This document shows positions 42,521 through 54,900 of a DNA stretch of 64,000 nt, piece by piece. How positions within the stretch are numbered: the stretch's first letter is position 1; the number at the start of each line of letters is the position of its first letter. Made by a program: the position numbers and the translations under genes. Source of the stretch: Raillietiella orientalis (lineage: Eukaryota); NCBI GenBank assembly GCA_036172245.1, contig JAYWIR010000001.1:8990001-9054000 (forward strand), read 5' to 3'. The notes beneath the pieces are model-generated. The model made no database searches. It saw only the letters and a program-made list of their open reading frames with translations, and was not told where the DNA came from.

Positions 42521-43686
42521 TTTTAATGCCAAATAACACAATCTGTAAAGATAACAACAATAATAAAAAGGGTTAAAGACACACAGACCATGTAAAATCT
42601 AAACATGTAAATGACGAAGACATTCAAGGAACTTGTGGACGCATGTTACTTTTCAACTGAAGTTTGCAGAAGCCCGCATCTGATCTGCATTGATTTATTA
42701 CTAAACAGCCTCATGCCACTGTTTGCAAAACGATTGTTGCTGAGAGTTATCGAATAAATGGCTTAAGAAATCCAACTGGTTTACAAATACTTGTGTGTCT
42801 TGCTCCCTCACTGCCATCATAAAATGTCGACTCTCGAAAATGTACTCACATAATACACCAGTTTACACACACTACACAATTATAACATTAACCACATACA
42901 GCAATCCGGGGAAGAAAGCGTAGTGGCCAGCATGCTCGTGTTTTGATTGTTTTCACTGATTACTGAGCAACTAGTTTTTCGTAATTCAAACAAAATAATC
43001 ATTACTATTTCTGTTCATCAGATACGTATTTCAGAAATTGAAAAGCACTTAATGTAGTTGGGCATATTATGCCCAATGGATGTAACTTCTTTCATTCTGA
43101 GCAAGAATGACTTCTTGGAAACACACTCTACCAATAACTCTTTTATGGCAAACTCAAATAATCTTGAACAGTCTAAAAAAACACGAGCTATCCAAAAATA
43201 TGGAGCGCGCAAGAGCAACCTAAAAGGAAATTCCTAGATCACAGAACCAAATGTGCAAGAAGCTCTGCATAAATCATTCCCTGCACCACACGACGTACAC
43301 ACAGCTCCGGTCCCGGAGCACACGACCACGAGCCCCTCCGTCACCTCCCAAACATCACCGACCATAACCCTTCTCCCTTCCCTCGAATATGCACTGAACC
43401 GTCTCCCTGCTCGAACTAGGAATGCAGTTTCGGAGAATTTCGGAGCGAGGTCCACGGCTTGGTGTCGTAACTTCAAATCATTAACAAGAAAGAAAAATCG
43501 GTACCACTGAGAAGCAATAGCTTTGACCATGTTTGCCCATGCATGCCTATCATCACACATAACCAGGGGGGGGGGAGGGGACTAACCCTACCTTTTCCCT
43601 CCGTCCCAGCTGGCAGGCAGCACACGCTCCGGCAAGCAGCACGTCTTCTGCACATTTGCTGCCGAGCCTCCACGGTTCCGCGTATT

Positions 43687-43711
43687 CGAACATTCTGGAA
43701 CTTTCTCGACG
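43687..43711. promoter_or_regulatory. heat-shock element (HSE) upstream of HSC70
   Basis: cGAAc aTTCt gGAAc tTTCt cGACg gives four perfect alternating nGAAn pentamers plus one imperfect; CCAAT box (ATTGG 43747-43751) nearby. Confidence 0.85.
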
Positions 43712-46239
43712 GCCGAGAGTGTTCTCGATTCCGACGGGCGCCCGCGATTGGCTGCGCTGCGCAACTTTCACCGACCGCCCAGCAGAATTCGATCTCGGCG
43801 GTGAAACAGAAGTTGCCAGGGGAACGCCGTACGCACGCAGTTCAGGTTTCTGGGGTGAAAATAGAAAGGGCGTCTTTTTGCGGATGAGGTTTTATCTGCA
43901 AACAAACGAGCTGCTGTTTCGAAACTCGCTGAATGTTCGGGGTGTACCGATTAAGCGAGTACCGCACCGTGCAAAACTCGCCTTCGTGTACCTTAGCGGA
44001 GGCAAGTTTGCCGTGCGCATCAGAGCGGGAACCATGGAGACGGGCAGAGGTTCCGCTCCCAGCAAAAAGGGAGGTCGCAGGGAAGCATCCGGAAGCTAAG
44101 TACATCGGAAGATTGAGTCATGAAAGTTTCTCGTTTTGTACGGAAAACATTGCGATCTCATCAAAAGATCATCAGAAGGGTCAGATAATTAAAGGTAGAG
44201 AGGTGCGGGTAGAATTGCAAATCGGAACGATGTGTAAGCACTAATGGGCCCACAGAGTCGCCGAAACAAATGCTTTCGTTTATTATCCACGGTCGAAACA
44301 ACTGCTTTGGGTTGAGTGTTGTAAACATTCAACTGCGCCACAAGTAGGAAGACCTGCAAGTCCACAAAAACAGAAATGAAACGAATACGAGGTCCAGGTT
44401 GAAGCAGCAGATTTGCTTAAACGGAAGAGCTCTCCTTACGAGCCAGGTTCAGCAGCACCTCTTAGACGAATGGCACAAATAAAGTTTCTACGAGAGTTTA
44501 CGTTTCAGACTTCAGAGGACCGAGAATTTCAACAGATGAAACGCAATGTATATCCTTCTAGAGGCACATGCATGCTCACATGGATCGAGCACGGAGTGTT
44601 TACAAAGGCCTTCATGTCCTCAGTGAAACAGACAGCAAAAATAATAATAATAATAAGGCAAGATGGTCAAAGCAAGCAAATTATTGAAATGAAAGTGAAA
44701 AAAAAAAAAAAAAAAAGGAATTCTTCATAAACCAAAGTAGTCTTGCTCTGGCAATTTCGTTTTATAACAGTAGAAATTCCAGAATCTCGTAGGTGCTTGC
44801 TCCCTAACTTTTCCGCATATCTTAGTTAAATCCATTTTTGAGAGTAAGAAACACAACATCGAATACATTTAATGACGAACCTGCACTCCACAATTACCTT
44901 TTCCCGAATGATCCTTCAGATTTGGATGCCAAAAAGTGAAGATGATGTTCGAAAAAACAGATTCGAATGCAAACGGGCAATCTGGTCACAAAAATTGTAA
45001 AAGAAAATTTTCCCCAGTAGCCATCAGTTTCCGAGGTGACTTATCTTGGACGTGAAATTTCTTCGCTATCAATCAAACTCCTCCTTGCATGTTGCCTAGC
45101 AACCTTTCTGGATGCTTTATAATGCGCCTGCATGTAGGCGGGTTTTGCCGAAGTAGGATAACTATGGGAAACATGACTTCAACAGCACCTTGATCATAAA
45201 GTAAGTTCGTTTTCACTCCTTTGATCTGGAAAGTGGCTGATGGAAGTGAGCAAATTACGCAGAAAATTCGGTCGTCAGTTATGGACAACGTACAGCCAAG
45301 AAGTTTTGCATCTAGCCCTTCATTGAGTTCACCATATTCCCAAGCGTCTGTCAGGCTGAGAGAGTGTGACCAGGTTGATTTAGAAGGTAATGTCGTCGAT
45401 CTGCATTATACATGCATGTGTCTTGTATTTGAAAAACGTATGTTTCGAAGTTATGTAACTGCCCGAGGACGTTGACGAGAATGAAGCTGGACATACTATC
45501 GAAGGTTGCGATCACAAACCTTTGGAATGCATCTGCCTCTTCAAGACGGAACTTTCGTTTTTGTCAAGTGCAACGCTTGTATTGGTGTGCGTAGAGTCCG
45601 TAGTTTATAATCTAAAACACTGGTTCCAAATAGATTCCTTCGTCACATCCTTCGTACATGCACGCACAGTGGAACAAGAGGCCTAGTGAGCGAAAATGTA
45701 CGATTGCACCAATTTGAGTTGGAAATATGCGTAATCGGTCATTTTAAACAAACAACTTCTTCTTTTTTTTAACTTTTGCTGTTTCGTTGCATTGGCCTAC
45801 ACCGATTTGCTTTCGGAGTTGGCTGAAGAATACCAGAGCTAAACGGCACTGCGGCGTTGATGGCATTAGTGGTAACTCACAAATCACACAAATGGTGGTT
45901 GTGACGTTCATGTGCCGAAGAACATCGTGCAATAAAATGCTCATCGATAACAAAACGATAATCAACAGCTTCACAACAGCTCCATCGCTTCGTACCGAAA
46001 AATACTGTGTACCGAAAGTCACCATCGTGACGAAGAATGACTGAGAAAAGTGAATTATTAGGGAAAAACATACGTTGTCAGAGTATCCACAATTATCTCT
46101 TACCAGTTTATCACCTTCATGTTTATTACGAGAATCCCGCAGCCACCATGGTTTTCGCTTTGGGGCGTTGGTCTTTTTTTGCGATGGGACTATAGCGAGC
46201 AGTATGGAAAGACTCGAAGAACTTGTTCTTGTCCGATCC

Positions 46240-46465
46240 CCCCCCCCCTCCTGGGGGGATCCCCTCCCCAAGCGTTAGAGGAACAGACTCCGAGACCTTC
46301 CTGGATTCATAGGGAGGACGCCCCTTACGGGGTGCCCCAGAATCTTGAAGAATCGCACGCACCCTCCGCGGGTGGAGTGGACCAGCGTTAAAGAGCCACG
46401 TGCGCCGCGACCGGCTCTTGAGGTACGAACCAAAAAAAAGAAAACCCGAAAAAAAGAAAAAAAAG
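46240..46465 (+). repeat. GC-rich repeat family, copy 4, followed by an A-rich tail
   Basis: CCCCTCCCCAAGCGTTAGAGGAACAGACTCC...TTCCTGGATTCATAGGG...CCCCTTACGGGGTG matches 9172-9250; then AAAAAAAAGAAAACCCGAAAAAAAGAAAAAAAAG. Confidence 0.7.
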
Positions 46466-48927
46466 CTGGAAGGAAAAAGCAGCGAAGACAGAAGAAGAAG
46501 AAAACCCAAAGGATTTCCATCATCCAGAGGATCTCTGCTTTGCCATTTCGGATTTTTGACGAAACGCTGACGTAAAACCCTTGTCAGCATGCACGCTTAA
46601 CGAGTTTTTCTTCTTCTCTGATGGATTCTTCTCCACATTCTCTCACTTCGGGAAATGAAACGGATTTGCCTTTTAACGTATGGAGTAACCTGCCGAAGTT
46701 CTCTGATCAGTTATGCCTCGAGTTTTTATTGGAATACACTTACAGATTTAGGCGTCTGACAAGTTTAACTGTTTTCGAGATCCGAGCATCTCTTATTGGA
46801 GAACATTTTCGGAAAACAGTCTTTTTCTGAGCATCAATTCACTTTACGGGATTCTGTTTCTATGGGTGTGAACAAGTAAGATCACCTACTCTGGATCTTT
46901 TGGGATGTTGAGAGACTGCTTGTTGTTGAACCAATGCAGCAGTTTAAGATGTGCGTGCAGTTCGTGCATATCTAATAATGTAAGCTCTAATATGTAAAAT
47001 GCAATGCGTCTTTAAAACTCGTAGTTCGTTCAGTCTAAAAGATTCCATCTTTGATAAGGAATGCGATTGCATGTTCATTTTTTCCTTTGGATGTCTCTTA
47101 GAATAAAGGCTTCCCATTTGGACAGCAGACAATCCTGATTTTCTCAAACAGCGAAGCTGGAATATTAGTCGAGTCATTGGCGGTTCTAATGAGCTAAACT
47201 GATGTGCAAATCACTTGCAAACATTTATTTGTTAGTCAAACACTCATTGCGTTTTTTTTTTTTTTTTAATGTAAATTTAAACAGTGAGTGCCTGCCAAGG
47301 GTACAGATTCAAAGTCCCAGCTCTATTAAGCTTCTTTTTTTTTGTTTTTGTTTTTTTCCGTATGATATCCAGAATGGCCTCTAGATTAGCAAAGGGGGAA
47401 ACAAATTAGTAGATAATCTGGGTGGTTTTCCCGAAATTTTCCTCCCATTTCATTCCTTCCATTCTGGATGTTTGCCAATTGTGCACCAATCATGTGCTTG
47501 GGGGATAAATTCAAGAGCATGAATAAAGAAGAATTTGCTCTTCGTTCAGACGGAGAATTTGTTATTCGTTCCACATTGAGCAGAGGATTTTGTGTGTTCA
47601 CACGCGTTGCATGAAAGAAGTTTTGGCATGGGTTTTGGCAAGACACAGTTGGGTGTTTGCACTGAAACTCACCGACAGGAAAAGAGGTGTGGACGATGGT
47701 GGCTGGGGCTCATCGAATAGAAGAAGCATCCAAGCAGAGGAGATTATTTAAATCCCTACTGACGCTAAGGGCAAATTTCCTCTATTTGAATGCTTCCTCT
47801 CTATTCGATGAGCTCCGGTCATATCTCCGCTTCTGTCGGAGGGGTTTCATTGTGATCATTCGACCTTAATCTGCATGTCATTGTGTTAAACACTCTCCAT
47901 TGGACTTCAACGATTTTCCAACTTCTGATATTCTTTTGATTTTCTTTGAGAATTAATTATCATTTGCTTCCTTTTACTCTGAAAAAGAATGCGAAATAAT
48001 TGTTTTCCATGGGTGCCAAGCCACCAGCTGCCATCAAGTTTTCCATAGTTTTTGGAGCAGCTCACTTGCACATTGACTTGGGCTTTTTTCAACCAGCATC
48101 CCACTCGTAAGGCGACCATTTGTAAATTATCTTTATGGCCAGTGAACTGATGTTCATCATTGGTATGACTGTCACGTTTGGCACAGACTTATCGTTTTTC
48201 ATTTGCATCAGGGAAGAATGAATCTTCAATTCAGATATTCATTCGAAAGTTCTTGCAACGAGACAGTATAGCATGCAATCGAAGGCAGCATCAGATAGCG
48301 TGTAATTGAAGTTGATGTAATGCAATAGATAGTTGGTTGGTTGTTCATTTTGTTTCAAGTGAAACAACATCCATGGAGCAGCTGAATTTTGGCATCTAAA
48401 TATAATAGCAGCCCTACAGTTGGAGAGCTTGCAATTTATCTTATTCCGTAGGTTCCCTTTAACAGAGTTCCCTATCCAGGAATGCCAAGTCTCTCGGTTT
48501 CTTTTCAAGGTCCTTTCTAGTTTCTGCCTTCATGCATTGAGAGGAAATCAAAGAAACTTCAAAGGAATGCATGTACCTATCAATAAAACTCCTGTCAATT
48601 CAATAAAAATTCGTTCAAAATATGAGTTTTAAACCTGTCAGTAATAAGACGACCGTGGTTTTTCGTGTTTTACACACACTCTATGCCCTACGAAATTTCT
48701 GACAGTGACCATCTAATCATGGTTTCGAGTACTTCTTCGTGTTCGGCAATCATCGAATAAAGTATTGAGCAGTATTTCTCTTCTGCAAGATTTTAGATGA
48801 ACTTCACTTCCGACTAGTCCAGAGGATTTTTCCAAAATTTCATCCTTTTTTTAATTTGTCGAATTAAAGTTAATTTTCATAAGGTGGTTTTCATCACAAT
48901 TAACTGTCATTTTGATAAACTCTTAGA

Positions 48928-51900
48928 TTTCACGGATGAAGAATTGGTTGAGAAAATAAATACCTTGGAAACTCACGTGCGCCTATTACAAACAGAGATC
49001 ACTGTGTTCATAAACCACAAAAAAAAGCTAGAGAGCATGATAATGAGCTATTTACAATCTGCAAGAACCAAAGCTGCAGAAGAATCCAAGAGGTCCAGAC
49101 TGCAGTCTCGTATTTCGAAAATATCTTCTCGCCCTAGCAGCATTCGTTATGGTGGTTCTATCGGGTAAGTTGATGTTCCTACTTTCTATTCGATTTAGCG
49201 TTTGAACCTTACACCTAAGATTACGGGGATTGTATAGACTTTCATTTTGCTTACATACACGAAAATTGGATTTACTTGAACAGCAGACAACTCCTCACAA
49301 AAATATACGGAGAAGGGACACTCTAGAAGAATAGATAGGAAGATAGGGAAAGGATAATTCTATTGAAAGCATATGGAGCGTTTTTTTTCCTGGATGTTCG
49401 ACATATATTTTGTGCTTCATTGCTTTAGTTACGAAAGGAGGTTCCGATATAGTTACTATTAAATGAACAGTATTCCATCGAAGTATATTTAAGAGGTGAT
49501 ATGGTGAAAACTGTTCCGAAATTATTATTTTTTTCTTTTTTTGTAAACTGAACCGAACTTCAATCTTAATGATCGACCTTTCGTTTGGCAGTGACCGATA
49601 AACTTATATAAGCTTCGTGTGTAGTATTCACAGCTAGAAGATAGAAAAACAACAAATGATGCGATAGACAAGATTACAATGTACACTATGTACCTTGTCG
49701 ATTTTTCGATTCTATTGTTCTGTGCATATTTTTTTCAAGTTGTGTCTTTAAGAAATAATTACGAAAACAGCTTCGTTTTGAATGGCAACCAGAAATTCCC
49801 GGAGAACTCGGAAACACACAGTAAAGTATAGATCTAGTTTCAATTTTACCTAATTTGTACGAAACAAAAGTGCAGGGAAAAATACACAGTACAGCACTCT
49901 TGTAAGACAATTATCGGAATGACATGTGACCCTTTCACTTTTCACCCTTTCTTATTACCTGCCCGTGTATTCCTACTTAGTTTCATTTCATCTTATATAT
50001 TTCTTCTTTTAGTTAGATTAACAAGCCTTTTGAAATTGCATTCCGTGAGAATCAGATCCCTGCGCACTACAGAATTCCCAAGGTGTCATCGAAATCAATT
50101 GAATATCTGTACCGTTTTCTGGATTCATGAAACAGCAGCATGATAGCTAAAATATCCCTTTTTCAGAAATCTATAACGATTAACCATCTTAACAACAAAA
50201 TGTCCATTGAATGACTTGTGCCGCTCTATAAGAACTAATTATTCTAAATAAATAATCGCTGTTGATGAATTGTAATTTCACATGTATTTGTAGATTAGAG
50301 ATGCTCTTGCTAGTCTCTTCAAACAGGAGTCTTCATCAGATTATTCAACAGTTGCAAGATGACTGACTGACTGACTGGTCGGTAATCTAGAAGTCATTTG
50401 ACGGGTGTTAATGACGATCATAGTTTGACATGTCAGCAAGCATGCGTTCTAAATATTAAAAAAATACATGATAAAGTGATGACGAATCGAATGACAGCCT
50501 CATCATTACATGATGTATAAAAGCACTACAGGAATCAAAATAAGGACTATGCACAACTTTACACAGTATTAATGCTTAGACCTAGGAAACCAGTTCAGGG
50601 AAGAACTTCCCCTTTTGACTTGTGAAGAAATCAACTGCGTTTTATTTCCACTTCATTTTCTGATGAAATTACTTGTTACGATGCCAGTAAATCTTATAAA
50701 CACATACCAGTCACACACACCCAGGCTTTGCTCGAAGGATGTCTCCTATAAAGGTGTTGTCCCAAACATCGAAATACCAACCTGTCGTGCGTTTTTAAAG
50801 AAACCATCATTCAGTTAGTAAAAGAAGAAGAAAAATACTGCCTACAAAGGCAGCTCAGGTTTTCATGACCCGACTTGAGTTTCTTCTGTTTCGACGTTGG
50901 ACTGTTTTGAACATTCCCCAAGAACGAGCAAGAGATCAAGTTTCGAGGTATGGATGATTCAATTTTTGCTTTGATTAAAGGCGCTCAATTTCCTTCGGAC
51001 TCGAATGTTTTACTTTTTTGGAGAGAGGCCTTAAGGTTTGTTGGTTGTGCTTCCCTGTAGATTTTGTGGACGCAGAAAAAACAACTCAGTTTCAATTGCA
51101 TCTTCCATTTCAGAAATCGACTGTTTTGAAATAGACTATGTTGATTTACTTCTGTTTATTATATTTCTCTTAGCTATGAGTAAGAGTTTCTACTTGCAAG
51201 ATGAGTGTCGTTTCGTTTCGCTTCAAACGATTGAGAATCTTAAAAACAAAATGACCATTGAATGATTTGTGTCACGGTATACCCCCCACTTCCAGGCTTC
51301 CTTCCTAAATGAGTAACCTTAGAACTAATTCCTCTATTAGAGCTTACATGAAATCGAAAATTATCGCGTAATAGTAAAGTGCATAAAGCAACAAACTCTA
51401 GAATGCTTGATTTGGATTTTAGAACAAGCAATTATGTGTAAAAGAGTGGCAACCGCTGCTGCATCCAAATCGGAATTTTTCAATGCTAACGTGAATTCAC
51501 TTGACGAGTTTAACTTGAAGAGATCTGTTTGTCTGTTTGCAAAGTCAAGCCTGTTTGCAGTAAATCTTCAAGGAATTGATGAAGCTCTTTTCTTTTGAAA
51601 TCATCACAAACATCTCACTCAGAGACTACTGTTTCAGAAACGAGCTCCCTCTGAATTATCGGGTCAATCTGATGCTGAAGGCCCTGCACGAGGAGGAGGA
51701 CAAACTGAAAACCCACAGAACCAGGTATCTGAAATGGCTGTCGATACGAAACATGGCCCTTTCTCAGATCTCTAAAGGCAATTGAAAATCGAAAAGCAGC
51801 TGTCCGAGAATATCAAATGGAGCAGGAAGAGTTGCAAAAATTGTCAAAAGACTTCCAAAATGAAATTTCAAGAGACGATGTTCCCATAAAACATATGCCG

Positions 51901-54900
51901 GCTGAGAGAATTCAGAAGTACGGGAAAAGAGATATGTATACTTAAGAATGGGATTGTGCAGGAGATTTCCGTTGCCACACTGTTCACTGCCGGAAGCATT
52001 TTGGTCAAGTGATTCAGTCAAGTTTCGGTCGGGTATCACGAAGAAACCGACGAGGCTTTCCTCCTGGTGAGTCCATAGGGCGCCATCCACGCTACCATCC
52101 GACGAATTCTTTCAAAAGAAGCCGAATGAACGAGAATTTTGTTTTTTGAATCTTTGCTTCGCCGTCCACCACTCGGAAGAGGTGAAGAGGAATCCACTGA
52201 GTGGCGAAAAGAAGCAAATACCTGCAAAATTCTCGTTCATTCGGTTTCTTTTGAGAGAATTCGTCGGATGGTAGCGTGGATGGCGCCCTATGGACTCACC
52301 AGGAGGAAAGCCTCGTCGGTTTCTTAACGTTATAAAAATGCCGCCGCAATGGAGGTTTGCTCGTTCTTGTTGTCCGCTAATGCTTTTCTTCTGCTTCTTG
52401 TAAAACTGGGTTTTCCGGAAACGTTACAATTTTGGTTTCGGAGCGTTTGCTCATGCAAAAACATCATGGGAGTGAACGATCTAGAGTTTTATCGGGAAGT
52501 CCTCCTATGAATTCATTTGTACGTGTATTTGTGTGTACATACGTACATATGGAAAGAGAAACAAGCAGTTGACTTTTTTTTTTTCCCCCCCCTCAGATTT
52601 TTTGACCTAACTTTGCGCAACATCGACTCTCAAGTGGAAAAACTGAGGTTAAAAGTGGTGGTTATGTTAAATCAGCTAACGCGAATGAAAAAGAAAAAGC
52701 AAAATTATGAAGAGCAGGGCTGGTCCTTACAAGAGGTGGATTTCAATCAGCTGAAGATCATAAAACAAATAACCTGTGCTAAATTAGAAGAGAAGCAGGA
52801 AGAGATCCTGAAAATGAAATATCTTCAAGGAAAATGCACCAAAGTAGCAAAAAGCCACTGGTCCGAACTGAACGACATCATCAGATCGTTGTCCGATTTG
52901 CGTGAAAATATAGAAAATAAATCGAAGCAGCATCAGTTTTTGAAGCAAAGTCACGAGGAAGCGACAAAAAGTCTAAAGAAGGAACTCGAGGCAAATGAGT
53001 CTTGCAGAGATCAGCTACTGACCTGTCAGGCAAGTTCATTTACTTGTTGATACAACCAACGAGAATTTGAGAATCACAGATTTCCTCATTACATCACCTT
53101 TGATACCTTCAACTTGATGGCTGTTTTTAATTTCAAGTGGTGCCTTTCATTAATTTTCAATGAATGTTATCAGCAGAGACGATGACAGAGCGCCAGCCAA
53201 GAATTCCGTTTTCCGAGCGCGTTCGAAGCAATTCAAAGCAGTGATCTGATCTTTTCGGGGTGTTGGACCAGCTGCCAAAGTGTACCATTTCGCAGGCATT
53301 GCAGTTCTACTACTGTGATCTTTCTAAGGATCAGCAGCAGACCGGAAATCTTCATTAACATAATGAAATAATGCATCCTAAATTTAGCGTCCTTCTCAAC
53401 TTGTGCACAAGGTGAAACTGATCATTGCAAATCGAGCTTCCTATAGAGTAGGACAGATGCTTCCATCCACCCTACTTTGCGCGCACTACGAGCACACTTA
53501 GGCATGTTCGTTCTGTACGTAAAATGCACTCCAACTCAAATGGCACACCACGAAGATGATTTCCGCATTCCCCCCCCACCTCCCACCTCCCCGGCTGTTT
53601 TTTTTTGCATGCCTTCGTACCGAATCCGATCTGAGCTCAGAACGACGAACTGATTCGGTCGCCGAAACTTCGGCTCAAATAATTAAAGCAAAATAACTTA
53701 TTAAATTACGTAAGGAAATGCATGTGGTCCCTCACACAATACACAGGAAACGCGTGAGTATTGTGAAGCTGAACCACAAAAAAGAAGCCGAGGAAAAATA
53801 TCGCCAACACGGTTGCATTCCGCTGAATTTCAAATCTAAACTGAAATTCAGCAGCATTCCGCTTCAATAAAGCCTTCGTTTGCGTTCTTTGAATTTTCAG
53901 TTTTTCGGGATTTTTTACGCGATTCATTTTTCTGGAAAAGAGCAAAAAAAACAGCGGGGTCCAATACACCCTGTGATGCAACAGTCAGGGCAGCCAAGGT
54001 CATCTCCAACGATCTTTTCAGCTTTACATTATCCAATACCCGACACTGAAACATTTAAAAATCATAGAAATGAGGTGCATTCCCAAAAGGGAATATCGAA
54101 TATGTCAGCTAATAAAGTAATGTTTAATTGACTCGATTGAATTCATTCGTTCACTTCAATTCGCAATGCAGAAATCACGGATGAAAAAAAGATGAATGAA
54201 ATAAGTGAAAGAAAGAAAGAAATGAATGAATGAAATAAAGATTCGAGAGTTGGTTTTGAGAGAATAGAATCATGAAATAAGAAGATTCGAAAGCTATCTG
54301 AACCGTTACAACATAATTCACGGAAAAGTATTACATTTCGAGAAGAGTTTAGAAACCGCCCAAACTTGAAATCATCATCGATAAAAATGATGGTTTGAAG
54401 TTTGGAAGGTTGAAAGTCTTCAAGGAGCGGAATGCCAGTGATTACCAAAGCTGACTTGTAGAATGCATTATTCTCATTTGTTTGATGAGAATCATATTCT
54501 GTAATTTTCTTCCCACCAATTCTGCTGCGGCATTACCAGAGCCCGAGTTAGACCGCGTTGCAATTCAGAGGATGTGAACTGCAATTCATCATTTTTTTTT
54601 TTTTTTTTTAAAGGTTTCCGGCACGGATCCAACTCTGATATATTTATAATCCAAGTTTTTGTTTCGAATATGTACTTTGTCCCATAAATAATTTCTTAGT
54701 GGCTTTCAATCCTTTTGAATGAAACTCAATTTTTTCAGATCAGGATAAACAAGATATCAGCTCTTCGACAAAAGTGTCCCTCCAATATTAAAACGTCGAA
54801 GATTAATGCTCTCTAGATTTATAAATTTCAGATTCTGTTCTCATAGATAGTGATTTTATTACCCTTGCTTTTGCTTCCTGCGTTGCTAATCCTCACTGTT

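Noticed and set aside
43010-43105. C/D snoRNA in the HSC70 intron (two CTGA boxes, partial 28S complementarity, 9-bp palindrome)
   Set aside because: Box C is non-consensus (ATGAAAG) and complementarity next to the D box is imperfect.
50917-52371. 13-bp inverted match (CAAGAACGAGCAA) flanking CCDC113 exons
   Set aside because: Short enough to be a chance match over several kb.
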